DNA of 64,000 nt from Caldilineaceae bacterium (GTDB lineage Bacteria; Chloroflexota; Anaerolineae; Caldilineales; Caldilineaceae): assembly GCA_034432375.1 (NCBI GenBank), contig DAOUCA010000171.1, forward strand, positions 1 through 64,000, read 5' to 3'. A program made the translations under genes and the position numbers. This document shows, piece after piece, positions 11,587 to 20,062 of this stretch. A model generated the notes under the pieces. The model saw only the letters and a list, made by a program, of their open reading frames with translations, was not told where the DNA came from and did no database searches. The first letter of the stretch is position 1; the number at the start of each line of letters is the position of its first letter.

Positions 11587-11647
11587 TTGATTCCTCTTTC
11601 GGTTTCTGTGTAAAAATGCAACAAAATACAAGGGATCTCCTTCTGTA

Positions 11648-11860
11648 TCATTCATCGTCAGTTCGCTCCTTTTGGTAGTGAGTTTCATTTGCTAAGAAGG
11701 CAAAGAGTGCCTGCTGCGATCCAAAGCGTATGATCTCGCCTGTTTGTACCGACTGCGCCGAGGCGCGCCAGGGCCCATCAGGGGTCTCTTGCCAGAGGCG
11801 CACGAGATAGGCTGTATAAGGCAGTTGAATCTGTTTGTTGATTTCGAATGGCTTTGTCAT
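11648..11860 (-). CDS. Small hypothetical protein (70 aa from the ATG at 11860; the ORF track extends to 11908). Its N-terminus is paralogous to the N-terminus of membrane protein 19102-19803.
   Basis: MTKPFEINKQIQLPYTAYLVRLWQETPDG aligns with MIQHFAKHHNKIQFFGYEVANLVLVAQQLWLANEPG. It occupies the same position in module 1 (immediately upstream of the surface-protein gene) as the membrane protein does in module 2. The RBS is weak. Confidence 0.35.
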   Translation of the reverse strand: MTKPFEINKQIQLPYTAYLVRLWQETPDGPWRASAQSVQTGEIIRFGSQQALFAFLANETHYQKERTDDE

Positions 11861-12125
11861 TGCAGGGCTCGTCTTTGGATGCTGTTCTACGGTACTGCGC
11901 TTATACATTGTAGTATCTGCCCGTGTACAGTTCGTCGCGGGGCAAAGTCACGATCGTATCGAAGTTGGGTCGGTAGCGTATTGAGATCAGAACAATTCGT
12001 GGATTATCAAAATGAAGAAAGGAAACCCGTTTTGTTCCACACGAGATGCGGGGTATAATCATGAGGTCATCGGTTGTACGGAACCTTCGGCTCGTATATC
12101 CCCCTTTGACAGCGGCGTGGTAGCC

Positions 12126-15100
12126 ATGACTCAGTTTACACTCAGCTTTCTCGGTCCGTTTGCGGTGCAAATGGACGGAACTCCAATCACCAACTTCCAC
12201 TCGGATAAGGCGCGGGCGTTGCTCGCTTATCTGGCGATAGAAGCACAAACGCATGTGCGCACCGAACTGGCTACCCTGCTCTGGCCCGAGATCGATGACG
12301 AGTATGCGCGCACGAATTTGCGTACCACGCTCTACCGCATGCGTCAGACCCTTGCGCAAGCTGCACCTGATGCCGGTGACCAATTGCTGGCCGTCACACG
12401 CACCACGATCCAGTTTGTCGGTGAGCCGAGCGCGGTGGATGTTTTGCACTTCCAGCACTTGATCAATCAACGGAAAAGGGCGGCACCTACCCTGGAACAA
12501 TTGGAGGCAGCGACCGCGCTCTATCGGGGTGAACTGTTGCTGGGTCTACATGTGGCCGATGCCGCGCCGTTTGAAGAATGGTTACTGCTCCGCCGCGAAC
12601 TGCTGCACCAGCAGGCGGTATTGACCTTGCACGCCTTGTGTACCGCCCACGAAACGGACGGCAACTACGAGCAAGCCCACACCGTTGCCGGTCGTTTGCT
12701 CGCTTTGGATCCCTATCGCGAGGATACCCATCGGCAGATCATGCGTTTATTGGCGCGTATGGGGCAGCCTGGCGAAGCGCTCCAACAGGTAGAACGGTTG
12801 CGTCGGCTGTTACATGACGAGATGGGTGTCGCCCCATCGCCAGAGACGCTAGCCCTGGCCGCGGAAATCGTCGCCGGCCGCTATGACAAAGGGACAGGGG
12901 GGCGAGGTGACGAAGGAGCGGAGAGGCAAGGTCACGAAGCGGCGCAGGAAGCGCCGGTCACCTTGTCACCCCCTCAGCTTGTCACCCCCACACTGAAACT
13001 CGACCTGCGCGACGTACCCGACCCCGGCCGCTTCGTGGGTCGTGTACGTGAACGCCAGCAGTTAGCGCAATGGCTGGTGCATGACCGCTGTTGTGTGGTG
13101 GCGATTCTGGGCATTGGCGGCATGGGGAAGACATCGTTGGCGGCCCAATGCATCCGCGAACTTGCCGATAGCAAGGGAAACCCTGGTATCAGCCTTTCGA
13201 GCAGGATGATGAGAGAATCTGGTATCAGCCTTTCGAGCAGGATGATGAGAGAATCTGATATCAGCCTTTCGAGCAGGATGATGAGAGAATCTTTTGACGC
13301 CGTTATCTGGCACTCTCTGATCAACGCGCCACTATTACGTGAACTACTGCCTGGACTGCTTCAACTACTATCCGGCCAGCAATTGGCAACTATGTCGGAG
13401 ATCCTGGATGAACAGTTGCGGCTGCTATTGAGCTACTTGCGCGAGCGGCGGGTGCTACTAGTGCTCGACAACATGGAGAGCATTCTAGATCCGCTTCAGG
13501 CCGGTGCGTATCGGCCCGGTTATGAGCCATACGGTCAGCTCATTCAGCAGATGGCAACGCTGAAGCATCAGAGCCATCTGCTGTTGACCAGCCGGGAACG
13601 GCCGCGCGGCTTTGCGCGCCTGGAACGCGATGGTTACCCGGTGCAGTCGCTACAATTGTCCGGTCTGGATGATGAGGCGGGGCGCACCCTGTTGGCGCAA
13701 CGCGGGATTGCGGCGAAAGGGGATGCCGAGTCCCATTTAATCAAACGTTATTCGGGGAACCCGTTGGCACTGAAGCTGGTCGCAGACACGGTGGATGCGA
13801 TCTTTGGCGGAGACATTGTCGAGTTTCTGGCTGAGGAGTCAATGGTTTTTGACGACGTGCGCGATGTTCTCGATCAACATTTCGGGCGACTTTCGGCGTT
13901 TGAACAAGAGATCCTCTTCTGGCTGGCCGTCGAACGTGAGGCGACACCGCTCGCCGTTCTGCGCGATAACCTCTTACATCCGCCGCCGCAACGGGTGTTT
14001 GTGGAAGCATTACGTGATCTACAGCGCCGCTCGCTGATCGAACGCCAGAGCAGCGGTTTTTTTCTGCAGAACGTGATCAATGAGTATCTAATCGACCGCA
14101 TAGTGGCTGCGGCCATTGCCGAACTTGAACAAGGTGAGCTGGATCTGCTGCATCGCCAGGCGTTGCTGAAGGCCCAGGCCAAAGAGTATGTGCGCCAAAG
14201 TCAGGCACGGCTCATCCTCCAGCCCATTGCCGATCAGCTGGCGGCTCACCTGGGGTTGACGGGGATCAAGGCTACCCTCAAACGCTTGCTGGATCAATTG
14301 CGCCAAGATGCATCCGGCCGACATACGTATGCCGGTGGCAATATCTTTAATCTGCTCATGCAACTGCCGGTTGACATCGCCGAGGTTGATTTTTCGCGGC
14401 TGAGTATCTGGCAGGCTCAACTTCAGGGCAGACTGCTCTCCGGGGTCAATTTTGCAGAAGCCGATCTGACCCATTCTACCTTTACCCATGCGTTTGGCAT
14501 GATTGAGGGCATCGCCATTAGTCCAGATGGGCAACTGCTTGCCTCCGGGGGTGATGGCGGCGATATTACCCTGTGGCAACTGAGCAACTTTCAACCGGTA
14601 ACGATCTTAAGGGGTCATTCAAATACAGTTACAGCGTTAGCCTTTAGCCCGGTAGGGGGAAAGTTGGCCAGCGTCAGTGAAGACGCCACGTTACGCATGT
14701 GGGACATCCATTCCGGGCAGGCAATTTGGACAGCCAAGCAAGGTCAACGCTTATATAGTGTGGCTTTCAGTCCCAATGGTCGCTTGATCGCCACTGGCGG
14801 CCAAGATCCCGTTATCTACTTGTGCGATAGTGGCAGCGCAGATCTACTCTATACTTGTGAACTTGGCGCCCAACTCCTGGAAGGCATCAGAGCCGTGGCC
14901 TTTCATCCTACGGGAAACCTGTTGGCAGGCGCCACAGATCGCGGTACGATTTCCTTGTGGGATGTGTCGAACCTGGATCAATCAACCGCGCTTGTGGTTG
15001 ATGCGCGCACACAGGCCGTTCAGCACATAATTTCTGCGCTAGATGAGGAGGGCATCTTTACCCTGGCATTCAGCCCGGATGGTGCGCACCTGGCCAGTGG

Positions 15101-16430
15101 GAGTAAACGTGGGTTGGTCAAACTACGCGCGGCAGAGACGCTTGAACCGATGCAGACCCTGCAGGGCCACCACGATAGCGTGCGCATCGTCATCTGGAGT
15201 CCGGATAGCACTACCCTGTTTAGCGGTAGTTACGATCAAACTGTACGCCTGTGGGACATCAATCGCGGGCAGTGTGACGCCATCTTGTCGCACCCCGGTA
15301 TTGTTTGGTCCGCAGCCCTGGCTCCTGATGGCGCGACATTAGCAGTCTGTGGTGGCGATAGCGCGATACGGATTTGGGAGGTCAAACCAAATCGACTTGT
15401 GGAGATGGTGAAAATTTTGCAGGGGCATCGGTCGATTATACCCGCCGCAGCCTTTAGCCCGTCGGGACACTTGTTGGCGATTGGCGACTCGCTTGGCTCA
15501 ATTCGCCTATGGCAGATGGCCGAGGACGCACCCCAATCTGTTCATTCGATCCAGAGCCACGACTGGATCGAGGCCCTTGCTTTTAGTCCGGACGGTCGCT
15601 ATCTAGCCGGCACGGGCGCCACCAATGACCATGCAATCCGCCTGTGGAATGTAGCCACGGGAGAATGTGTTGCCGTTTTGGCGGGCCATACCCAGCGGGT
15701 GCGATCACTTGCGTTTGCGCCCGATGGCGCCATCTTAGCCAGCACCGGCCGCGATTTCACGATTCGTCTCTGGGATGTCCGAAATCCAAGAGACTGTAGA
15801 ACGCTTCAAGTGTTACACGGCCATGCAAATATGGTGTACAGCCTCGCCTTCAACCACGATGGCACCCAGTTGGTTAGCTCTAGCCAGGATCAGACCATCC
15901 GTTTTTGGGATATGCGGACCGGCCGGCAGATCCAGCAGGTGACCGGATTTAAGCTTAACCTGTTTGTTCAATTCAGCCCCCATGCGCACATTCTGGCCTG
16001 CAGTGCAGATTCTACTGGCACGATTCGGCTCCTAGAGACCTCGAATCTGCCGGAGGTGAAGCAGCTAAAAACCCTGTCGCACAATGCAGTTGGTGCCAAT
16101 AGTATCGCCTTTGCCCCCGATGGCCGGCAGTTGGTTAGTGGCAATACGGATCAATCCGTAACGCTGTGGGACATAAACGTAGAAACCCCAATATATCATC
16201 TTCAAGCCCACACAGCCTATATAAAATTCGTAATCTTCAGCCCTGATGGACGCCATTTTTTGAGTAGCAGCCTAGACGGTACGGCGCGGTTGTGGGATGT
16301 AAAAACGGGTGACTGTGTTCACATCTTTCACGCGGCTGTCCCCTATGAGGGCATGAATATCACCGGCGTCACCGGCATTAGCGAGGCGCAGCGGGCCGCA
16401 CTCAAGGCGTTGGGCGCGGTGGAGATGTAG
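12126..16430 (+). CDS. SARP/AfsR-family (BTAD + winged-helix) transcriptional regulator fused to an NB-ARC STAND NTPase and WD40 repeats
   Basis: I trimmed the start to the ATG at 12126 (MTQFTLSFLGPFAVQ..., the typical SARP N-terminus). The P-loop is GIGGMGKTSLA; there is an hhhhDN Walker B and at least 12 WD40 units. The C-terminal tail is MNITGVTGISEAQRAALKALGAVEM. It is a paralogue of 20063-24556. Confidence 0.85.
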   Translation: MTQFTLSFLGPFAVQMDGTPITNFHSDKARALLAYLAIEAQTHVRTELATLLWPEIDDEYARTNLRTTLYRMRQTLAQAAPDAGDQLLAVTRTTIQFVGEPSAVDVLHFQHLINQRKRAAPTLEQLEAATALYRGELLLGLHVADAAPFEEWLLLRRELLHQQAVLTLHALCTAHETDGNYEQAHTVAGRLLALDPYREDTHRQIMRLLARMGQPGEALQQVERLRRLLHDEMGVAPSPETLALAAEIVAGRYDKGTGGRGDEGAERQGHEAAQEAPVTLSPPQLVTPTLKLDLRDVPDPGRFVGRVRERQQLAQWLVHDRCCVVAILGIGGMGKTSLAAQCIRELADSKGNPGISLSSRMMRESGISLSSRMMRESDISLSSRMMRESFDAVIWHSLINAPLLRELLPGLLQLLSGQQLATMSEILDEQLRLLLSYLRERRVLLVLDNMESILDPLQAGAYRPGYEPYGQLIQQMATLKHQSHLLLTSRERPRGFARLERDGYPVQSLQLSGLDDEAGRTLLAQRGIAAKGDAESHLIKRYSGNPLALKLVADTVDAIFGGDIVEFLAEESMVFDDVRDVLDQHFGRLSAFEQEILFWLAVEREATPLAVLRDNLLHPPPQRVFVEALRDLQRRSLIERQSSGFFLQNVINEYLIDRIVAAAIAELEQGELDLLHRQALLKAQAKEYVRQSQARLILQPIADQLAAHLGLTGIKATLKRLLDQLRQDASGRHTYAGGNIFNLLMQLPVDIAEVDFSRLSIWQAQLQGRLLSGVNFAEADLTHSTFTHAFGMIEGIAISPDGQLLASGGDGGDITLWQLSNFQPVTILRGHSNTVTALAFSPVGGKLASVSEDATLRMWDIHSGQAIWTAKQGQRLYSVAFSPNGRLIATGGQDPVIYLCDSGSADLLYTCELGAQLLEGIRAVAFHPTGNLLAGATDRGTISLWDVSNLDQSTALVVDARTQAVQHIISALDEEGIFTLAFSPDGAHLASGSKRGLVKLRAAETLEPMQTLQGHHDSVRIVIWSPDSTTLFSGSYDQTVRLWDINRGQCDAILSHPGIVWSAALAPDGATLAVCGGDSAIRIWEVKPNRLVEMVKILQGHRSIIPAAAFSPSGHLLAIGDSLGSIRLWQMAEDAPQSVHSIQSHDWIEALAFSPDGRYLAGTGATNDHAIRLWNVATGECVAVLAGHTQRVRSLAFAPDGAILASTGRDFTIRLWDVRNPRDCRTLQVLHGHANMVYSLAFNHDGTQLVSSSQDQTIRFWDMRTGRQIQQVTGFKLNLFVQFSPHAHILACSADSTGTIRLLETSNLPEVKQLKTLSHNAVGANSIAFAPDGRQLVSGNTDQSVTLWDINVETPIYHLQAHTAYIKFVIFSPDGRHFLSSSLDGTARLWDVKTGDCVHIFHAAVPYEGMNITGVTGISEAQRAALKALGAVEM
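13185..13292 (+). repeat. 3 x 36-bp near-perfect tandem repeat (GGTATCAGCCTTTCGAGCAGGATGATGAGAGAATCT) inside the NB-ARC coding region; it encodes 3 x GISLSSRMMRES
   Basis: Read directly: units 1 and 2 are identical and unit 3 differs at 1 nt. The paralogue at 20063-24556 has no equivalent insertion. Confidence 0.9.
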
Positions 16431-16464
16431 CATGCGCGTACGGAGCGGCGGAAGTGAGTACGTC

Positions 16465-16503
16465 AGTGGGTCAGTAAGTCAGTGACTGTCTTACTGACCC
16501 ACT
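16465..16503. terminator. Hairpin between convergent genes (14-bp stem AGTGGGTCAGTAAG/CTTACTGACCCACT, 11-nt loop), a probable bidirectional terminator
   Basis: It lies between the stop of the plus-strand gene (16430) and the stop of the minus-strand gene (16533). A weak T-rich tract follows. Confidence 0.4.
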
Positions 16504-16532
16504 ACTCTTCTGTTGGTTCAAACTGCCGACTA

Positions 16533-19043
16533 CTAGTCGGTGTTGCTTACCAGCGGCAGGAAGAGCTGCTGAATGCGCTGTTCAATCGCATTTTCGCCGT
16601 TGGCACCATCATTGCTGCGACGGACCGTTTCCTCGTCAATATCAGTCGCGTCAGCCGTCGCATCGGCCGCGGAAGCGCCCTCGCACTCTGCGATGGTATC
16701 GCTGCCAAAGCCACCCAGACAGAAGTCAGCTGCGGGACCACCAAAGAGTTGATCATTGCCCAAGTTGCCGTAGAGGCTGTCGTCGTCCTCACCACCGTAG
16801 AGCGCATCATCGTCGACACCGCCGAGCAGAACATCCTTGCCCCCCTCGCCGTGGAGCGTGTCGTTGCCGGCGTTGCCGAAGAGATCATCCGCCCCTTCAC
16901 CGCCGTAGATCGTGTCGTTATCCAGCCCGCCGACGATCCAGTCAGGTTGATCGTCGCCGTAGATCGTGTCGTTACCTTTGCCGCCGAGGATGATATCGAC
17001 ACCGGCACCGCCACAGATCACGTCATCGCCGTTGTTGCCCCAAATGTCGTCACCGCCTTGCAGACCAAGCATCAGATCGGGACCGTCGGTGCCGATCAGC
17101 CAGTCGTAGCCGTCACTACCAACGATCAGGCTGCCGGCAAAGCTGGGTGCGGCGTAGACGCCAGGGGCGGTCTCAAAGACATCGTAGCCGCCACAAGTGG
17201 CAAAGGGCGCAGTGGTGGCCTCGATGACGATGAAGATCTCAATTACGTCGGAGTCGGCCAACCCATCATTGACTTTGAAGGTGAATGAATCAAAGCCGCT
17301 GAAGCCTGGATTCGGTGTATAGACCAGCGCCGGCGCAATGCCGCTGAGGGTTCCATTGCTGGGCTGGCTTTCGACGCTATAGGTCAGCGCATCGCCGTCG
17401 GGATCAAACCCACGCAGCCGGAAGGCGATGGCTGTATCTTGCGTGGTGATGACAGGTATCTCTACCGCGATTGGGGCGCGGTTGCCTTGTTCAACCGTAA
17501 TGGTGACGGTGGCAATATTACCGTCGCCGGCGCCGTCATTGGCTTTGTAGGTAAAGGAATCGTCACCCACAAAACCGCTGTTGGGGGTGTAGGTGAAAGA
17601 ACCATCCGGGTTCAACGTCAAGGCGCCATTGTTTGGCCCGCTATCCAAAACCGCGGTCAGCGCATCGCCATCGGCATCGCTATCGTTGCCCAGCACGCCG
17701 GGGGCAGCAATCGTCAGGGGTGTATCTGCCTCGGTGCTGTAACTCTCATCAGATGCCACAGGTGCCGCATTGGCGCAGGCAGGATCGTTGCAGTGGATTA
17801 CCCTCAGATCTTCATTGCTAGCGGCCCAGTAGCTAATGACGGGATAGCCGTCGCTATCCAGCGCCAGCGAGGTAAATTCACCGGGGCCGCCGCGGGTGTC
17901 CGGGCTTGTGATGCTTTCGGTCCCGTTGACGTTGGGGTCGCAGTTGGGGTCGTTGCAATGCAGCACCTTCAGGTCTGCATTGTCCCCGTCATAGTAACTG
18001 ATCACGGGATAGCCGTTGCTGTCCAGCACCAGCGAGCTGTACTTGCCGACACCCTCATCGCTATCGGGTGAGGTGATGCTTTCGGCCCCGTTGACATTGG
18101 GATCACAGTTGGGGTCATTGCAGTGCAGCACCTTCGGGTTGCGATTGATGATGTTGTTGTCATAGTAGCTGACGACCGGATAGCCGTTGCCATCCAGGAT
18201 CAACGAGGTATCCTGGCCGGCGTCAGCGGTGGCGTCCGGGCTGGTGATGCTCTCCGCGCCGTTGACGTTGGGGTCGCAGTTGGCGTCGTTACAGTGCAGC
18301 ACCTTCAGGTTGCGATTGGTGCGGTCATAGTAGCTGATGACGGGGTAGCCGTTGCCGTCCAGCACCAGCGAGGTGTACTCGCCGACGTTACCATCGGCGT
18401 CGGGGCTGGTGATGCTCTCCGCCCCGTTGCCATTGGGATCGCAATTGGCGTCGTTGCAGTGCAGCACCTTCAGGTTGTCATTGGTGATGTCCCAGTAGCT
18501 GACCACCGGATAGCCATTACCATCTAGCACCAATGAGATGTACCAGCCGACGTCACCGGCAGTGTCGGGGCTGGTGATGCTTTCGGCCCCATTGACGTTC
18601 GGGTCACAGTTGGCGTCGTTGCAGCGCATCACTTTCAGGTCCAAATTGGTGAAGTCAGCGTAGCTGACCACGGGGTAGCCGTTGCTGTCCAGCGCCAGCG
18701 AAGTGTATCCGCCGACCTCACCGACAGTGTCGGGGCTGGTGATGCTTTCGGCCCCGTTGACATTGGAGTCGCAGTTGGCGTCGTTGCAGTGCATCACCTT
18801 CAGGTCGAAGTTGGTTTCGTCCGCGTAGCTAACGACGGGGTAGCCATTGCCGTCCAGTGCCAGTGAGGTGGCTGAGCCAACAAAGCCGACACTATCGGGG
18901 ATGGTGATGCTGTCGCCGCCTTGGGCGTGGGCGGGCAATGTGAGCGCTAGCGCGGTGATCAGCGCCAGCAGCAGCCCAAGCAAACGGGGTGGGGCGTGTA
19001 AGAGCGAGAGTCTTGGGGGTTGGTTACAAGGTTGGTTGAACAT
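16533..19043 (-). CDS. Secreted 837-aa protein with a signal peptide, seven ~50-aa beta-propeller-like repeats (...GNGYPVVSY..LKVLHCNDANCDPNVNGAESITSPD...), two cadherin/Ig-like domains and RTX GGxGxD calcium-binding repeats; C-terminal tail ...QQLFLPLVSNTD
   Basis: I trimmed the start to the ATG at 19043 (MFNQPC...LLGLLLALITALALTLPAHAQ, a signal peptide), preceded by the RBS AGGAGA. The RTX nonapeptides are GGAGVDIILGGKGNDTIYGDD... The ORF track extends upstream to 19181. Confidence 0.8.
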   Translation of the reverse strand: MFNQPCNQPPRLSLLHAPPRLLGLLLALITALALTLPAHAQGGDSITIPDSVGFVGSATSLALDGNGYPVVSYADETNFDLKVMHCNDANCDSNVNGAESITSPDTVGEVGGYTSLALDSNGYPVVSYADFTNLDLKVMRCNDANCDPNVNGAESITSPDTAGDVGWYISLVLDGNGYPVVSYWDITNDNLKVLHCNDANCDPNGNGAESITSPDADGNVGEYTSLVLDGNGYPVISYYDRTNRNLKVLHCNDANCDPNVNGAESITSPDATADAGQDTSLILDGNGYPVVSYYDNNIINRNPKVLHCNDPNCDPNVNGAESITSPDSDEGVGKYSSLVLDSNGYPVISYYDGDNADLKVLHCNDPNCDPNVNGTESITSPDTRGGPGEFTSLALDSDGYPVISYWAASNEDLRVIHCNDPACANAAPVASDESYSTEADTPLTIAAPGVLGNDSDADGDALTAVLDSGPNNGALTLNPDGSFTYTPNSGFVGDDSFTYKANDGAGDGNIATVTITVEQGNRAPIAVEIPVITTQDTAIAFRLRGFDPDGDALTYSVESQPSNGTLSGIAPALVYTPNPGFSGFDSFTFKVNDGLADSDVIEIFIVIEATTAPFATCGGYDVFETAPGVYAAPSFAGSLIVGSDGYDWLIGTDGPDLMLGLQGGDDIWGNNGDDVICGGAGVDIILGGKGNDTIYGDDQPDWIVGGLDNDTIYGGEGADDLFGNAGNDTLHGEGGKDVLLGGVDDDALYGGEDDDSLYGNLGNDQLFGGPAADFCLGGFGSDTIAECEGASAADATADATDIDEETVRRSNDGANGENAIEQRIQQLFLPLVSNTD
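17860..18920 (-). repeat. Seven tandem ~150-bp coding repeats (the propeller-like units of the 837-aa protein)
   Basis: A recurrent DNA block GTTGCAGTGCAGCACCTTCAGGT appears every ~150 bp. The boundaries are approximate. Confidence 0.55.
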
Positions 19044-19101
19044 TTTTATCTCCTGATTTGTCAAAAGTAGTGCTTGATTTCGTCTAGTCTTACATATCTG
19101 C

Positions 19102-19803
19102 CTATGGCTGTTCGGTCGCCATGTCGAGCAGAGGATAATCAGCATTGCTCGGTTGGGCATAGGCTTGCAGGCCGGCATCATTAAAGGCCAGCGCCAGATC
19201 GCCCAGGAGCAGCCAGGAAAGACCGACCGCTACCCCAATCCAGTCGCCGAGAAGCAGTTTCTTGCCAACGAATTCAAGGCGTAGCGGCGCTTTGATCAGC
19301 GTACCGGTGATAAAGGGGCGCTCATTGATGAAGCGCCCCAAGTCGGGCGAGCAGCCGACCACGAAATCAACCAATCGGCAATACCCATGTAGGCTCCAAC
19401 GCGCCACACGCCAATGGATCGAGATGGTCATAGGCAGCGGCAACATGTTCCACTGCTGTTCGGCAACCCAGCCATTGAGCACGCCCAGCCCGCCGCGCGC
19501 CGTTTCCAGCGATGCCAATACGACCGATAATCCGGTCCATAAATAGCCGGCTGCCGAGAGGAATGCGCCGCCGACCGCCAATGCCAGCCCTCCATAGAAA
19601 AGCAGGTGGGGCCGCACCTTGGGGTCAAAGCGCCAGATCAGCGCCGAACCAAGCAGCAGGGAGAGCGCCGCCAGCGTTTCCGCATTGAGGCCGTAGCCCG
19701 GTTCGTTGGCAAGCCAAAGCTGCTGGGCGACCAATACCAGATTGGCGACCTCGTAACCGAAAAACTGAATCTTGTTATGATGTTTGGCAAAGTGCTGAAT
19801 CAT
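19102..19803 (-). CDS. Polytopic membrane protein (234 aa, ~5 TM segments) of unknown function, co-directional with and immediately upstream of the 837-aa secreted protein
   Basis: I trimmed the start to the ATG at 19803 (MIQHFAKHHNKIQFFGY...), preceded by the RBS GGAAGGAGC. Hydrophobic segments include LAALSLLLGSALIW, LLFYGGLALAVGGAFLSAAGYLW and LLLGDWIGVAVGLSWLLLGDLALAF. Confidence 0.7.
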   Translation of the reverse strand: MIQHFAKHHNKIQFFGYEVANLVLVAQQLWLANEPGYGLNAETLAALSLLLGSALIWRFDPKVRPHLLFYGGLALAVGGAFLSAAGYLWTGLSVVLASLETARGGLGVLNGWVAEQQWNMLPLPMTISIHWRVARWSLHGYCRLVDFVVGCSPDLGRFINERPFITGTLIKAPLRLEFVGKKLLLGDWIGVAVGLSWLLLGDLALAFNDAGLQAYAQPSNADYPLLDMATEQP

Positions 19804-20062
19804 TGTGAATGCTCCTTCCGGGTTCATCTTGTGATCGCTCGATGTCTTTATGATAGCGACCAATCGCATCCGGATCGTCGCGGGTAGGGGTGGCTATCGT
19901 ATCGAATTCCGGTTGAAAACGTATCGAGATGGGGTAAATCTGTGCGTTGTATTGATAGCGAAAGGCAATACGCTTTGCGGCGCATTGGAAGCACGATATA
20001 ATCAAGGGTAACGGCATTTCAGTCTACGTTTGATGCGCTGTCCGTTTGGGTATATATCACAT

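Noticed and set aside
11901-12500. 199-aa minus-strand ORF overlapping the 5' end of the first STAND regulator
   Set aside because: It is antisense to a well-supported SARP domain, with no RBS.
17860-18920. Possible CRISPR array suggested by regularly spaced repeats
   Set aside because: The repeats are ~150-bp coding units with divergent sequence, inside an ORF. No short direct repeats with unique spacers occur anywhere in the window.
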